DNA of 64,000 nt from an uncultured Desulfobacteraceae bacterium (GTDB lineage Bacteria; Desulfobacterota; Desulfobacteria; Desulfobacterales; UBA11574): positions 7,114 through 71,113 of the forward strand of contig CAZBOB010000003.1 of NCBI GenBank assembly GCA_964492995.1, written 5' to 3'. The first letter of the stretch is position 1. Each line of letters begins with the position of its first letter. The position numbers were made by a program, and so were the translations under genes. The notes under the pieces are model-generated. The model did not search any database. It had not been told where the DNA came from and worked only from the letters and a program-made list of their open reading frames with translations. Below, in pieces: positions 1 to 9,720 of the stretch.

Positions 1-708
1 AATCTTAAGCTGTTTGAGATCGGCAATGTCTTTTTTAACACAGGCCAAAAAGATAGCCTGCCTGATGAAGTTGAAATGCTGGCAGGCCTCTGGACAGGAA
101 AAAGAGTCGATGCGGTTTGGTTTTCAAAGGAGATCAGTTGTGATTTTTATGATTTAAAAGGCGTTATTGAAGAACTTTTAGGAAAGCTTAGCATCGTTAA
201 CATACACTTTACCCGCATGCCGCCGACATCCTGTTTTTATACAAAACCCGGATTTACGGCCCAGATTATTATTAAAGACGAATCCATAGGACTTGTCGGA
301 GAATTACATCCTAACGTGCTTAGTAATTATGATTTAAAGCAAGCAGCCTTTATTTTTGAATTAAATTTTGATAGACTTATAAATCATATACCGGAAACTA
401 AATCTGTATCGCCAATTCCGAAATTCCCGGCCACGTCAAGGGATATTACTCTAATTGTTAATAAGGATATTGAAGCAAATAATATCCTGCAAAGCGTTAT
501 TGATTTAAATGAAGAGCTGGTGGAAAACTTACACCTGTTTGATGTTTTTGAAGGTGATCCTATTCCTGCAGGGAGAAAAAGCATCTCATTTAGAATAACC
601 TACAGATCTTCCAGTGAAACCTTGGAAGATAACCGGGTAAATAATCTTCATAAAAGCATTTCGGACAGGCTTTTGAAAAAGGTTGATGCAACCCTGCCGA
701 CCGTATAA
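1..708 (+). CDS. pheT: phenylalanine--tRNA ligase beta subunit, C-terminal part (5' end lies outside the window)
   Basis: Frame 1 is open from base 1 to the TAA at 706-708. The translation (NLKLFEIGNVF...FPATSRDITLIV...DVFEGDPIPAGRKSISFRITYRS) matches the ferredoxin-fold anticodon-binding C-terminus typical of PheT. Confidence 0.85.
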   Translation, partial: NLKLFEIGNVFFNTGQKDSLPDEVEMLAGLWTGKRVDAVWFSKEISCDFYDLKGVIEELLGKLSIVNIHFTRMPPTSCFYTKPGFTAQIIIKDESIGLVGELHPNVLSNYDLKQAAFIFELNFDRLINHIPETKSVSPIPKFPATSRDITLIVNKDIEANNILQSVIDLNEELVENLHLFDVFEGDPIPAGRKSISFRITYRSSSETLEDNRVNNLHKSISDRLLKKVDATLPTV

Positions 709-813
709 CCTTTATAACTCGCCAGCTTTTTGAAAATATTACCGATTGTTTGAAATCGACTTGTTTCAAAAGACTAACCTGTTGCTAACCTTTTAAAAGC
801 TATGGGTTAAACA

Positions 814-1161
814 ATGGAAAACCACACTTCTTATCAAAAAGAACTGCCGGACAAGCTTTACTTCAAGGTGGGAGAAGTAAGTGCGATTGTTGGGGTCCCG
901 GCATATGTTTTGAGGTTCTGGGAGGCTGAGTTCAAGAAAATAAATCCCAAACGGTCTGCTTCGGGCCAGAGGTTGTATAGAAAAAGTGACATTGAGCTGA
1001 TTCTAAAGATAAAACATCTTTTGTATGAAAAGAAATTTACAATTCAGGGAGCCAGGCAACATTTAAAAATCAAACCGGATGAAAAAAAGGAAAAATCTTC
1101 AATCATCACACTCGATGAAATTCGCATGGGACTCAAAAGTATACGCGATCTTATAAGCTAA
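814..1161 (+). CDS. MerR family transcriptional regulator
   Basis: 115-aa ORF with an N-terminal MerR-type HTH (YFKVGEVSAIVGVPAYVLRFWEAEF...GQRLYRKSDIELI). Confidence 0.8.
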   Translation: MENHTSYQKELPDKLYFKVGEVSAIVGVPAYVLRFWEAEFKKINPKRSASGQRLYRKSDIELILKIKHLLYEKKFTIQGARQHLKIKPDEKKEKSSIITLDEIRMGLKSIRDLIS

Positions 1162-1302
1162 TCCAAATTCTATCACTCCATTCAAAATTTACCTAAAATT
1201 TTCATTATCTTTTTTTCAAAACAGATGAAGCAGAATTTAGGATTTATTATTGAATTATATTGACAAGGGATTTTTTTTTTAATATCTTACAAATATCCAC
1301 GC

Positions 1303-1377
1303 GCGGGCATAACTCAGTGGTAGAGTACAAGCTTCCCAAGCTTGGAGTCGCGAGTTCAAATCTCGTTGCCCGCTCCA
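1303..1377 (+). tRNA. tRNA-Gly (anticodon CCC), CCA encoded
   Basis: Cloverleaf folded by hand: acceptor GCGGGCA/TGCCCGC, D arm ACTC/GAGT, anticodon stem CAAGC/GCTTG with loop TTCCCAA, T arm GCGAG-TTCAAAT-CTCGT, discriminator T plus CCA. Confidence 0.9.
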
Positions 1378-1530
1378 TTGGATGTTCGCCTTGTTTATTA
1401 TAAAGTTTTTTTTATCTAAGTGTAGATTTTGGCTATGTATGTGTGGTTTGGAGTTAATTTTTTCCTTATGGTTATTTACATGAACAGATAAAGTCTCTCG
1501 ATCCACTAAAAGATCTACCGGTATTAGAAG

Positions 1531-1560
1531 AAACGGGCGAAAGCCCGTTTTTATTTTTTT
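1531..1560 (+). terminator. intrinsic terminator downstream of tRNA-Gly
   Basis: AAACGGGC-GAAA-GCCCGTTT hairpin followed directly by a T-rich run. Confidence 0.6.
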
Positions 1561-1616
1561 ATAGGGGACAATTTGATGAATTCTTAAAACGTCGAATTCA
1601 TCAAATCGATAGACCA

Positions 1617-2150
1617 TTGAAAGGTCAAAGAAAAAAAGCAAATAAAAGACTAAAAAACAGGGTCAAGACCCAGAGACATAACAACCGGTCTTCGGAAAAT
1701 AAGGAAAAAATTGTTGCACAGGCAAGAGATTTAATAGAATCGTTGTGTGAAACCGAGGGGGTGGAGTTGGTCCACCTTGAATATCAACGGGAAGCATGCG
1801 GGAGAATACTCCGCCTTTTTATAGACAGACCCGGGGGAGTTACTCTCGACGACTGTGTGCATATAAGTCGCCAATCGAGCGACCTTTTGGATGTATATCT
1901 TGAAAATACCGGGCCATACAGTCTGGAGGTTTCATCGCCGGGACCGAATCGTCCCTTGGGAAAAAGGCTTGACTTTGATAGATTCAAAGGAAGCCGTGTA
2001 AAAATTAGAACCGCTCAACCTGTTGACGGCCAAAAAAATTTCAAAGGTATCCTTATGGGCATATCTGAAGAGATTGTAAAACTATCGGTCGATGGTAAAA
2101 CAGCAAGTATTCCTTATCAGGAAATTATTATGGCGCGAATTGCTGATTAG
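1617..2150 (+). CDS. rimP: ribosome maturation factor RimP
   Basis: ORF directly upstream of nusA with a RimP-like core (VELVHLEYQREACGRILRLFIDRPGGVTLDDC...LEVSSPG). It has a TTG start, and the Lys/Arg-rich N-terminus suggests the true start may lie further downstream. Confidence 0.8.
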   Translation: MKGQRKKANKRLKNRVKTQRHNNRSSENKEKIVAQARDLIESLCETEGVELVHLEYQREACGRILRLFIDRPGGVTLDDCVHISRQSSDLLDVYLENTGPYSLEVSSPGPNRPLGKRLDFDRFKGSRVKIRTAQPVDGQKNFKGILMGISEEIVKLSVDGKTASIPYQEIIMARIAD

Positions 2151-2229
2151 CCCGAATGTGCACCCTTGGTTGAACAATCAGGGTTTAATTCGGACAACAG
2201 TTGATATTTAGAATAACGGGGAAAGACGT

Positions 2230-3639
2230 ATGTTTATAGCAGATATAAAACGTGTCATTGAACAGGTTAGTCGAGACAAGGGTATTAACCACAAGGTACT
2301 TATCAAAGCACTTGAGGAGGCCCTGGAATCTGCCGCGAGAAAAAAGTTTGGGACCAAGGTAGATATTGAAGTTCAATACAATAAGGCAACCGGGGAAATT
2401 GAAGTATTCCAGTTTAAAGATGTGGCTGAAGAGATTACAGAGCCTGACCTCCAAATAAGCCTTGAAGAAGGGCGCAAGCTGGATTCGGAATGCGAAATCG
2501 GTGACAGCCTCGGCACAAAAATGGATACTTCCACTTTTGGACGTATAGCCGCACAGTCGGCCAAACAGGTCATTATACAGAAAATGAAAGACGCGGAAAG
2601 GGATGCTGTTTATTCGAGTTTTGTTGGTCGAAAAGGTGAAATTATAAACGGAATTGTACAACGTTTTGAACGTAACGACATTATTGTTAATTTAGGGCAG
2701 ACCGAAGGTATACTTCCGACAAGAGAGCAGATTCCTAAGGAATCGTATCGACGGGGTGATCGTATCAGAGCATATATAATGGATGTGCTTCATGAAACTC
2801 GCGGCCCGCAAATTATTCTTTCGAGAACACATCCTAATTTTCTGATCTGTCTTTTCAAAACAGAAGTTCCGGAAATCAGCGAGGGTATCGTAACTATTAT
2901 GGGTGCGGTTCGTGAACCCGGAATCCGTGCAAAGTTTGCAGTGACTTCAAACGATTCTGATATAGACCCGGTTGGCGCCTGTGTCGGAATGAAAGGGAGT
3001 CGTGTACAGAACGTTGTTCAGGAACTGAGAGGTGAAAAAATAGATATTATATCCTGGCATATTGATCCTGCAAAATTTGTATGCAATGCACTTGCACCTG
3101 CCGAAATATCCAGAGTTATTATTGATGAAGAGAATTTTTCAATGGAAGTCATTGTACCTGACGAATTTCTTTCAATAGCCATCGGTAAAAGAGGGCAAAA
3201 TGTTCGTTTGGCCTCAAAACTTACAAAATGGCATCTTGATGTCATCAGTGAAACACGATACAGTAAAGCCATGCAAGATGGCTACAACTCTCTGGTTTCA
3301 TTGCCGGGTGTTGGAATTAGCATGGCGGATGCTTTGTATGAAAGGGGATTTTTTTCTGCTGAGGAACTCAGCAATTCTTCAGTAAAAGATTTGATACAGA
3401 TCAGAGGCATTGCCGAAGAAAAAGCCATGCAACTGATCGAAACTGCAAAAAAATATATGGCAAGCACAGACCCAGTCGACGAACTACCGAATGAAGCTTT
3501 GCCGAATGATGAATTGGATAGCGATGAGAGTTCAGCGGTTTCGGATGTTCAGAAGGTCTTAAAAGAAAATGGTGATAGTGATGAGCATACGTCCGGCCAT
3601 TCTTTATCTGCTGATAATGCTGCAGAAGATAACGGATAA
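2230..3639 (+). CDS. nusA: transcription termination/antitermination factor NusA
   Basis: 469-aa ORF with NusA N-terminal, S1 and two KH regions (GPQIILSRTHP, DPVGACVGMKGSRVQ, IAIGKRGQNVRLA) in the conserved rimP-nusA-infB order. Confidence 0.95.
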   Translation: MFIADIKRVIEQVSRDKGINHKVLIKALEEALESAARKKFGTKVDIEVQYNKATGEIEVFQFKDVAEEITEPDLQISLEEGRKLDSECEIGDSLGTKMDTSTFGRIAAQSAKQVIIQKMKDAERDAVYSSFVGRKGEIINGIVQRFERNDIIVNLGQTEGILPTREQIPKESYRRGDRIRAYIMDVLHETRGPQIILSRTHPNFLICLFKTEVPEISEGIVTIMGAVREPGIRAKFAVTSNDSDIDPVGACVGMKGSRVQNVVQELRGEKIDIISWHIDPAKFVCNALAPAEISRVIIDEENFSMEVIVPDEFLSIAIGKRGQNVRLASKLTKWHLDVISETRYSKAMQDGYNSLVSLPGVGISMADALYERGFFSAEELSNSSVKDLIQIRGIAEEKAMQLIETAKKYMASTDPVDELPNEALPNDELDSDESSAVSDVQKVLKENGDSDEHTSGHSLSADNAAEDNG

Positions 3640-3740
3640 CCAAATATTTCGGCCGGGTTGGTTTTTTAAATCGGCCAAATTAAAAATCTGAGAATAAGCA
3701 TAAACAAAAGTTCGGTAATAACCGAATTCAAGGGGGATGG

Positions 3741-6431
3741 ATGGCAAAGATCAGAATATATGAACTTGCCAGAGATCTTAACGTAACAAATAAGACACTG
3801 CTTGAAAAGATACGGAATATGGATATTGATGTAAAAAGCCATATGAGTTCTCTGGATGATGAAGCTGTGACTAGGATAAAAATGAATTTACTTGGCTCAC
3901 CCGAAAAAGAGGTTGAGGAAACGCGCATAAAACCGTCAATTATCCGAAGACGGAAAAAACGTGTTCCGCAAATGCCTGTTCAGACAGAGACGGCTATTGA
4001 ACCGAAACCGCATCCCGAAAAGATAGAAGTTGCTGATCAACCGTCCGAAAAAGACCTTAAAGAAAAAGAAATCCCCCCGGAAAAAGAACCGGAAGAGCCT
4101 CTCAAGAAAGATGTTCCTGAACGTGTTGCCAAAGGAAAAAAGGCTGTAAAGAAAGACGCTCCAAGAAGGGAAGACGCACCTGATGGAGTTGTTGCCCAAC
4201 CCATTGTTTCGAAAGAGGAACATAAAGTCAAGAAATCGGTTGCTTTAAAGAAATTAAAAAAGAAAAAAGACGCCAAAAAGCTTAAAAAAGATGTTCCGGC
4301 AAAGATTATAAAACTGCCCGTAACCCCCGTTCCTGAAAAAAAAGCGCCCGAGATCGAAAAAGACCGGGTTCATATACCCAAAACAAAAGTTGAAAAAATA
4401 CCCACGCCGAAAAAAGAGGTGCCTGAAAGCATAACACTCCTGAAAGAGGCGCTTGTAAAAGACAAAAAGAAAAAGAAGAAATGGACAAAAAAGCTCGACG
4501 AAGCTGCAAGTGATAGAAAGTTTTTCAAAAAGAAAATATCCTTCCGGAAAAAAGAGGTGGTTGAAGGGGCCGATCTTTATATAAAGGGAGATCGAATTCG
4601 TAAGGGTCGCAAGGTTGCAAAGGCTAAAATCACGCTTGTGAAACAAAAGCCTTTGATAACTACTCCTAAAGCCATTAAACGTAGAATAAAAATTGATGAG
4701 GCCATTGCCCTGTCTGATCTGGCAAAACGAATGGGGATCAAAGCCGGTGAAATGATCAAAAAGCTGATGGCTTTAGGTGTTATGGCAACGGTTAACCAGG
4801 CCATAGACTTTGATACCGCCGTTCTTGTGGCCGCAGAATTCGATTACGAACTGGAAAAAGCCTCTTTTGAGGAAGAAACCGTTTTAAAGATAGAAAAGGA
4901 TGATCCGGATAAGCTCATCGCAAGGCCGCCGGTGGTAACTATTATGGGACATGTGGATCATGGGAAGACATCTCTTCTTGATGTGATAAGAAAAACCAAA
5001 GTTACGGAAAATGAAGCCGGGGGAATCACCCAACATATCGGCGCCTATAATGTATCCACAGATAAAGGCCAGATCGTATTTCTGGATACGCCGGGCCATG
5101 AGGCGTTCACTGAAATGCGTGCCCGAGGCGCCAAGGTTACGGACTTGGTAATTCTGGTTGTTGCTGCTGATGATGGTGTCATGCCGCAGACCATTGAGGC
5201 GATAAACCACTCCAAAGCCGCAAAAGTTCCGATCATCGTAGCAATTAATAAAATAGACAAAGAAAATGCTGATCCTGAACGTGTTCAGCGTGAACTTGCA
5301 GATACAGGTCTTGTACCTGAGGATTGGGGCGGAGATACCATCTTCGTCCAGGTTTCTGCAAAGGAGAAGCAGGGAATTGATGATATGCTTGAAATGGTTC
5401 TCCTTCAGGCAGAAATATTGGAGCTTAAAGCAAATCCGGATAGGCTTGCCATGGGTTACGTGGTTGAAGCAAAGCTTGATTCAGGCAGAGGCCCTGTTGC
5501 CACGGTTTTGGTTAAGCAGGGAACTCTGGCGATTCATGATCCGGTGGTTTGCGGCATACACTATGGCAAAATACGCGCCTTGCTGAACGACAGGGGAATG
5601 CATGTAACGTCCGCCGGGCCTTCGATGCCGGTTGAAATAATCGGGCTTTCAGGTGTTCCTAATGCCGGAGATGAATTGCTTGCGCTGGCAGACGAAAAGA
5701 ATGCCAAGCAGGTCAGTGCGCATCGAATACAGAAACAACGGTCTAAAGAACTGGCAAAAACCAGCAGATTAAGTCTTGAAAAACTTTATGAGCAGATACA
5801 GACAAACAAGATTAAGGATCTAAACCTCATAATAAAAACCGATGTACATGGTTCTATCGAAGCCCTTGAAGAGGCTTTGATAAAACTTTCCAACGAGGAA
5901 GTCAGAATTAACGTGGTCCATTCAGCTACCGGCACATTGACCGAATCGGATATTTCCCTGTCCACCGTTTCTGATGCCATAATTATAGGGTTTAACGTTC
6001 GTCCCACTTCTAAAATTCAAGCGCTTGCTTATGAAGAAAACGTGGACATACGTTTTTATAATGTCATTTATGATGTTATAAAAGACATCAAGGATGCCAT
6101 ACTCGGTATGATGTCGTCTACTTTTGAAGAACGGATTCTGGGCAAAGCCGAAGTCCGCGAAGTGTTCCACGTTCCAAAAGTTGGGGCTATCGCAGGTTGC
6201 TATGTTACCGAGGGGAAAATAGAGCGGGGGCAGCTTGTACGCGTACTCAGGGATTGGATTGTATGTCATGAGGGTAAAATTTCTTCCCTCCGGCATTTCA
6301 AAGACGATATCAAAGAAGCTCAGAGCGGTTATGAATGCGGGATCGGTATTCAAAAATATAATGACATCAAGGTGGGTGATATCATAGAATGTTACTACCT
6401 TGAGGAGATCAAACCTGAACTTAAAGAGTAG
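3741..6431 (+). CDS. infB: translation initiation factor IF-2
   Basis: 896-aa ORF with a Lys/Glu/Pro-rich N-terminal region followed by a GTPase domain ([25 protein letters not shown]). Confidence 0.97.
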   Translation: MAKIRIYELARDLNVTNKTLLEKIRNMDIDVKSHMSSLDDEAVTRIKMNLLGSPEKEVEETRIKPSIIRRRKKRVPQMPVQTETAIEPKPHPEKIEVADQPSEKDLKEKEIPPEKEPEEPLKKDVPERVAKGKKAVKKDAPRREDAPDGVVAQPIVSKEEHKVKKSVALKKLKKKKDAKKLKKDVPAKIIKLPVTPVPEKKAPEIEKDRVHIPKTKVEKIPTPKKEVPESITLLKEALVKDKKKKKKWTKKLDEAASDRKFFKKKISFRKKEVVEGADLYIKGDRIRKGRKVAKAKITLVKQKPLITTPKAIKRRIKIDEAIALSDLAKRMGIKAGEMIKKLMALGVMATVNQAIDFDTAVLVAAEFDYELEKASFEEETVLKIEKDDPDKLIARPPVVTIMGHVDHGKTSLLDVIRKTKVTENEAGGITQHIGAYNVSTDKGQIVFLDTPGHEAFTEMRARGAKVTDLVILVVAADDGVMPQTIEAINHSKAAKVPIIVAINKIDKENADPERVQRELADTGLVPEDWGGDTIFVQVSAKEKQGIDDMLEMVLLQAEILELKANPDRLAMGYVVEAKLDSGRGPVATVLVKQGTLAIHDPVVCGIHYGKIRALLNDRGMHVTSAGPSMPVEIIGLSGVPNAGDELLALADEKNAKQVSAHRIQKQRSKELAKTSRLSLEKLYEQIQTNKIKDLNLIIKTDVHGSIEALEEALIKLSNEEVRINVVHSATGTLTESDISLSTVSDAIIIGFNVRPTSKIQALAYEENVDIRFYNVIYDVIKDIKDAILGMMSSTFEERILGKAEVREVFHVPKVGAIAGCYVTEGKIERGQLVRVLRDWIVCHEGKISSLRHFKDDIKEAQSGYECGIGIQKYNDIKVGDIIECYYLEEIKPELKE

Positions 6432-6561
6432 ATGTATACTTGGCACGGGTATTAATTGAGCTTATATTAATCGGGGAGTTGGGGTGTTGGAGTGTTGTAG
6501 TAATGGAGTAATGGAAAAAACCCAAACTCCGGATATGTGAAATTCCTTTTTTGCTTAAATC

Positions 6562-6894
6562 TTGTATGTTCAAAATATGACCGTGCCAAGCATAAGTGAG
6601 AGTGACATGGTTGTGGGTTTAGGGACTATCACATTCAGGCTGCATGATTGCCGTTCTTTAAAAGGCAAAAGGAAAATTGTAAAATCGATCATTAGCCGGC
6701 TGCGCAACAATTTTAATGTTTCGGTTGCAGAGGTCGGATCAAATGACATCTATCAAAAGGCAGTGATAGGGTTTTCCCTGGTTGGCAACAATCGAAAGGT
6801 GATAAACTCTAAGATAGACAAGATTTTTAATCTGGCAGAGGAGTTGAATCTGGCCGAGATCATCGACAGTGAAATGGAGATCATCAATTTATGA
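6562..6894 (+). CDS. DUF503 (YlxP-like) protein
   Basis: Small ORF between infB and rbfA. The core MVVGLGTITFRLHDCRSLKGKRKIV is typical of DUF503. The likely real start is the ATG at 6607, giving 95 aa. Confidence 0.7.
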   Translation: MYVQNMTVPSISESDMVVGLGTITFRLHDCRSLKGKRKIVKSIISRLRNNFNVSVAEVGSNDIYQKAVIGFSLVGNNRKVINSKIDKIFNLAEELNLAEIIDSEMEIINL

Positions 6895-7268
6895 AACCAT
6901 TTGCACGATCTGACAGAGTCAGTGGCCAGATACAAAAAGTATTGTCGGAAATATTGCTGAAAAAAGTAAAAGATCCTCGTCTTGAAAATGCTAGCATTAC
7001 AGATGTAAAAATGTCTCGAGATTTAAGAATTGCACGGATATACTTCGTTGCATCCGGTAACAAAAAAAGCATGGAAGAGGCGGCAGAAGGATTTAAAAGT
7101 GCTTTGGGGTATGTAAAACGTACACTTGCTCGCCAGTTGGGTTTGCGTTATATGCCGGATCTCAAATTTTTTTATGATGAATCTTTTGACTACGGATCAC
7201 AAATAGATAAAGTTTTGAAGGCTGTAAAAGCGGATAATGGACCAAATAATACGTTATTTGAAAAATAG
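6891..7268 (+). CDS. rbfA: ribosome-binding factor A
   Basis: 125-aa ORF (RVSGQIQKVLSEILLKKVKDPRL...ITDVKMSRDLRIARIYF) whose start overlaps the DUF503 stop (ATGA). Confidence 0.9.
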   Translation: MKPFARSDRVSGQIQKVLSEILLKKVKDPRLENASITDVKMSRDLRIARIYFVASGNKKSMEEAAEGFKSALGYVKRTLARQLGLRYMPDLKFFYDESFDYGSQIDKVLKAVKADNGPNNTLFEK

Positions 7269-8208
7269 CGACCACATTTTAGTTGCTTCCCACACGAACC
7301 CGGACGGCGATGCAATCGGCTCTTTGATCGCCATGGGACTTTGTTTTGATGCATTGAATAAAAAAACAACGCTATACAATGAAAGTCCCATTCCTGCTGT
7401 GTACCGTTTTCTCCCTGCTGCAAATCGTGTTGTGAGGAATATAAAAAACAAAAATTACGATCTTGCCGTTATTCTTGATTGCGGAGATTTACAACGAATC
7501 GGGAAGGCTGTTTCAACGGTTAGACAGATTCCGATCATTGTCAACATCGATCATCATGTTACCAATAACCGTTTTGGTCATATTCAACTCATAGATACTT
7601 CAGCATGTGCCACCGCTGAAATCATATACCGTCTGATAAAACAAATGGATATTCCCTTTGACAAAGCCATTGCTACGTCAATATACACGGGAATCTTTAC
7701 CGATACCGGTTCATTTCGCTTTTCAAATACAAACAGGGCTGCTTTTTCAATCTGTCAAGAAATGGTAGGATTGGGCGTCGATCCTTATAATATTGCTCAA
7801 CATATATATGGAGGAACATATTCTCTGGGCCGCATAAAGCTTCTTAATCTTGCCCTTGACTCTATTAAGATCTCAAATAACGGCAAACTATCAATTATGA
7901 CACTGAGTCAAGATATGTTTGATGAAACACATACCCAGGCGGAAGATGTAGACGGTTTGATCAATTACGCAAAACGTATTGAGGATGTCAAAGTTGCGGC
8001 ACTGATACAGGAAAACCGGAACGGCAAAGAAAATCCAAAAAATTTTAAGAAGTTTCATGTCAGTCTCCGTTCCGATGGAACGGTTGACGTGGCTTCAATT
8101 GCAGCTTCGTTTGGCGGAGGCGGCCATTTTATTGCCGCCGGATTCAGTATTGAAACCACGCTTTCTGATATAACATCACAAATGTTAAAGCTGGCTGAAA
8201 AAATATGA
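7237..8208 (+). CDS. DHH/DHHA1 phosphoesterase (NrnA-like oligoribonuclease/pAp phosphatase)
   Basis: Carries the motifs HTNPDGDAIGS, DCGD, NIDHH and a C-terminal GGGGH. Confidence 0.8.
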   Translation: MDQIIRYLKNSDHILVASHTNPDGDAIGSLIAMGLCFDALNKKTTLYNESPIPAVYRFLPAANRVVRNIKNKNYDLAVILDCGDLQRIGKAVSTVRQIPIIVNIDHHVTNNRFGHIQLIDTSACATAEIIYRLIKQMDIPFDKAIATSIYTGIFTDTGSFRFSNTNRAAFSICQEMVGLGVDPYNIAQHIYGGTYSLGRIKLLNLALDSIKISNNGKLSIMTLSQDMFDETHTQAEDVDGLINYAKRIEDVKVAALIQENRNGKENPKNFKKFHVSLRSDGTVDVASIAASFGGGGHFIAAGFSIETTLSDITSQMLKLAEKI

Positions 8209-8210
8209 CT

Positions 8211-8285
8211 GAACTTAGGGGCTTCGCCCTGCCTGCCATTGCAAGCTCGCCCGCCAGCTGAGCAAGGCGAAGCGGCCTGATGGCA
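8211..8285 (-). repeat. ~75-nt GC-rich intergenic repeat, inverted copy of 56110-56183
   Basis: The reverse complement aligns almost base for base with 56110-56183 (core GGCTGGCGGGCGAGCTTGCAATGGCAGGCGGGGCGAAGCCCCTAAGTTC). Confidence 0.85.
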
Positions 8286-8350
8286 TAAACAGGTTGCCAT
8301 TAATAAATTTTTAACTTCAAGAGATTGTAGGATTTTCGAGATGTTAACTT

Positions 8351-9262
8351 ATGCAGCCTGAATTAAACGGGATTTTGCTTGTTGATAAACCCGCAAGTAT
8401 AACCTCAGCCAAGGTAGTTTCCCGTATAAAGAAAATATTTGGAGCAAGAAAAGTCGGGCACACCGGTACACTTGATCCTTTTGCAACGGGTATCCTGGTA
8501 TGCTGTATTAATCGTGGGACAAAGCTTGCCAGGTTTTTCCTGCACGGTAACAAAAAATATGAAGCTGTTCTTTACCTGGGTATTGAAACAGACACGCAGG
8601 ATTCAACCGGAATTGTTACATCCACACGTGATAACGTATTATTTTCTGAAATAAAAATACGGTCTGTATTAAACCAGTTTAAGGGAACGATTGAACAAAT
8701 CCCGCCGGTTTATTCAGCACTGAAATCTAAGGGAACCCCCCTTTACAAGCTGGCGCGAAGGGGCAATCCGGTTCAGAAACCGGCAAGGCGCATCACTATT
8801 TTTAACATTGAAATACTTAGAATCAATCTGCCGTTGATACATTTTAGTGTATCCTGCTCAGCAGGTACATATATCCGAACACTCTGTGCAGATATAGGAA
8901 AATTTCTCGGATGTGGTGGCCACCTTAAAGAATTAAGGCGGATCCAAAGCGGCGGGTTCTCAATTACCGAGGCTCTGAAATTATCAGAGATAGAAAATTT
9001 TGCTTTATCCGGGAAAATATCCGATCGGATAATAAGCATGTCAAACGCCTTGCAGGATATGCCCGAACATATTGCTGATAAAGCTTTGGCAAAAAAAATA
9101 ATGCATGGCAATATCATAACAAAAAAGGATTTAAGGCCGATACATACAGAGACATCAGAAGGCTTTATCAAAATCGTTGATACGAATAACAATCTTATTG
9201 CCGTATTAAAGGATACAAAAAAGAGGAACAGGCTGAGTTATTGTTGTGTATTCAACAATTAA
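8351..9262 (+). CDS. truB: tRNA pseudouridine(55) synthase
   Basis: 303-aa ORF with GILLVDKP and KVGHTGTLDPFATGIL motifs, in the conserved position after rbfA. Confidence 0.93.
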   Translation: MQPELNGILLVDKPASITSAKVVSRIKKIFGARKVGHTGTLDPFATGILVCCINRGTKLARFFLHGNKKYEAVLYLGIETDTQDSTGIVTSTRDNVLFSEIKIRSVLNQFKGTIEQIPPVYSALKSKGTPLYKLARRGNPVQKPARRITIFNIEILRINLPLIHFSVSCSAGTYIRTLCADIGKFLGCGGHLKELRRIQSGGFSITEALKLSEIENFALSGKISDRIISMSNALQDMPEHIADKALAKKIMHGNIITKKDLRPIHTETSEGFIKIVDTNNNLIAVLKDTKKRNRLSYCCVFNN

Positions 9263-9265
9263 CTG

Positions 9266-9407
9266 GTGTCCATCCAGAAACGGCATCTTTTGGCCCTCGG
9301 CGGCGTTCTCGCTCGTTTTCAATCCTCGAAATAGCGCGCTATGCCTGTGGTTGAAAACTCGCTCGGGCCTTGCCGAAAACCAAAATCTACCATTTCTGGA
9401 TGGACAC
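9266..9407. repeat. 142-bp MITE-like element with 15-bp perfect terminal inverted repeats
   Basis: GTGTCCATCCAGAAA at 9266-9280 pairs with TTTCTGGATGGACAC at 9393-9407. The interior is partly palindromic (TTTTCAA/TTGAAAA). Confidence 0.75.
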
Positions 9408-9497
9408 TAAATAGAATTCCATCAGGTTGTCCTGAATATTTTATGAACAATAAAACACTAACCAGAACAATCCGGCGCGAAGTATTCGTTCAGGATA

Positions 9498-9630
9498 AAA
9501 GTGACTAAAGTGAACTAAAGTTTGAAGTGCCTAAAATTAATGTGTCGCTTTGCTCCATCTATTTATATAAAAATTGGCAGAATTCCACAACTTTAGGCAT
9601 TTTAGATCACTTTAGATCACTTCACACTTT
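9498..9630. repeat. imperfect palindrome built from 10-bp units, upstream of rpsO
   Basis: Left arm is GTGACTAAAG TGAACTAAAG ...GTGCCTAAAA. Right arm is CTTTAGGCAT TTTAGATCAC TTTAGATCAC TTCAC. Confidence 0.7.
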
Positions 9631-9720
9631 TTTGAAGTTATAAAATCTTTTGCCATAAAAAACACAAAATTTACAATTAAGTAATTAATTTATATTTTAA
9701 CAAGAGGAGGCGAAAAAAAA

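Noticed and set aside
1435-1491. 18-codon hydrophobic mini-ORF downstream of tRNA-Gly.
   Set aside because: It has no Shine-Dalgarno sequence and is very AT-rich. It is mentioned only as part of the unassigned trailer.
3936-4646. Several minus-strand ORFs (95-130 aa) antisense to the 5' third of infB.
   Set aside because: They lie opposite the Lys/Glu/Pro-rich low-complexity region of IF-2. Their Phe/Leu/Ser-rich translations are the mirror image of that bias, and the infB frame is unambiguous.
6440-6456. TGGCAC-N5-TTAAT as a sigma-54 promoter for the DUF503/rbfA genes, and similar TGGCAC hits at about 14.88 kb and 55.96 kb.
   Set aside because: The -12 element (TTGC) is missing in each case. 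The TGGCAC at 6440 is better explained as half of the 14-nt inverted repeat.
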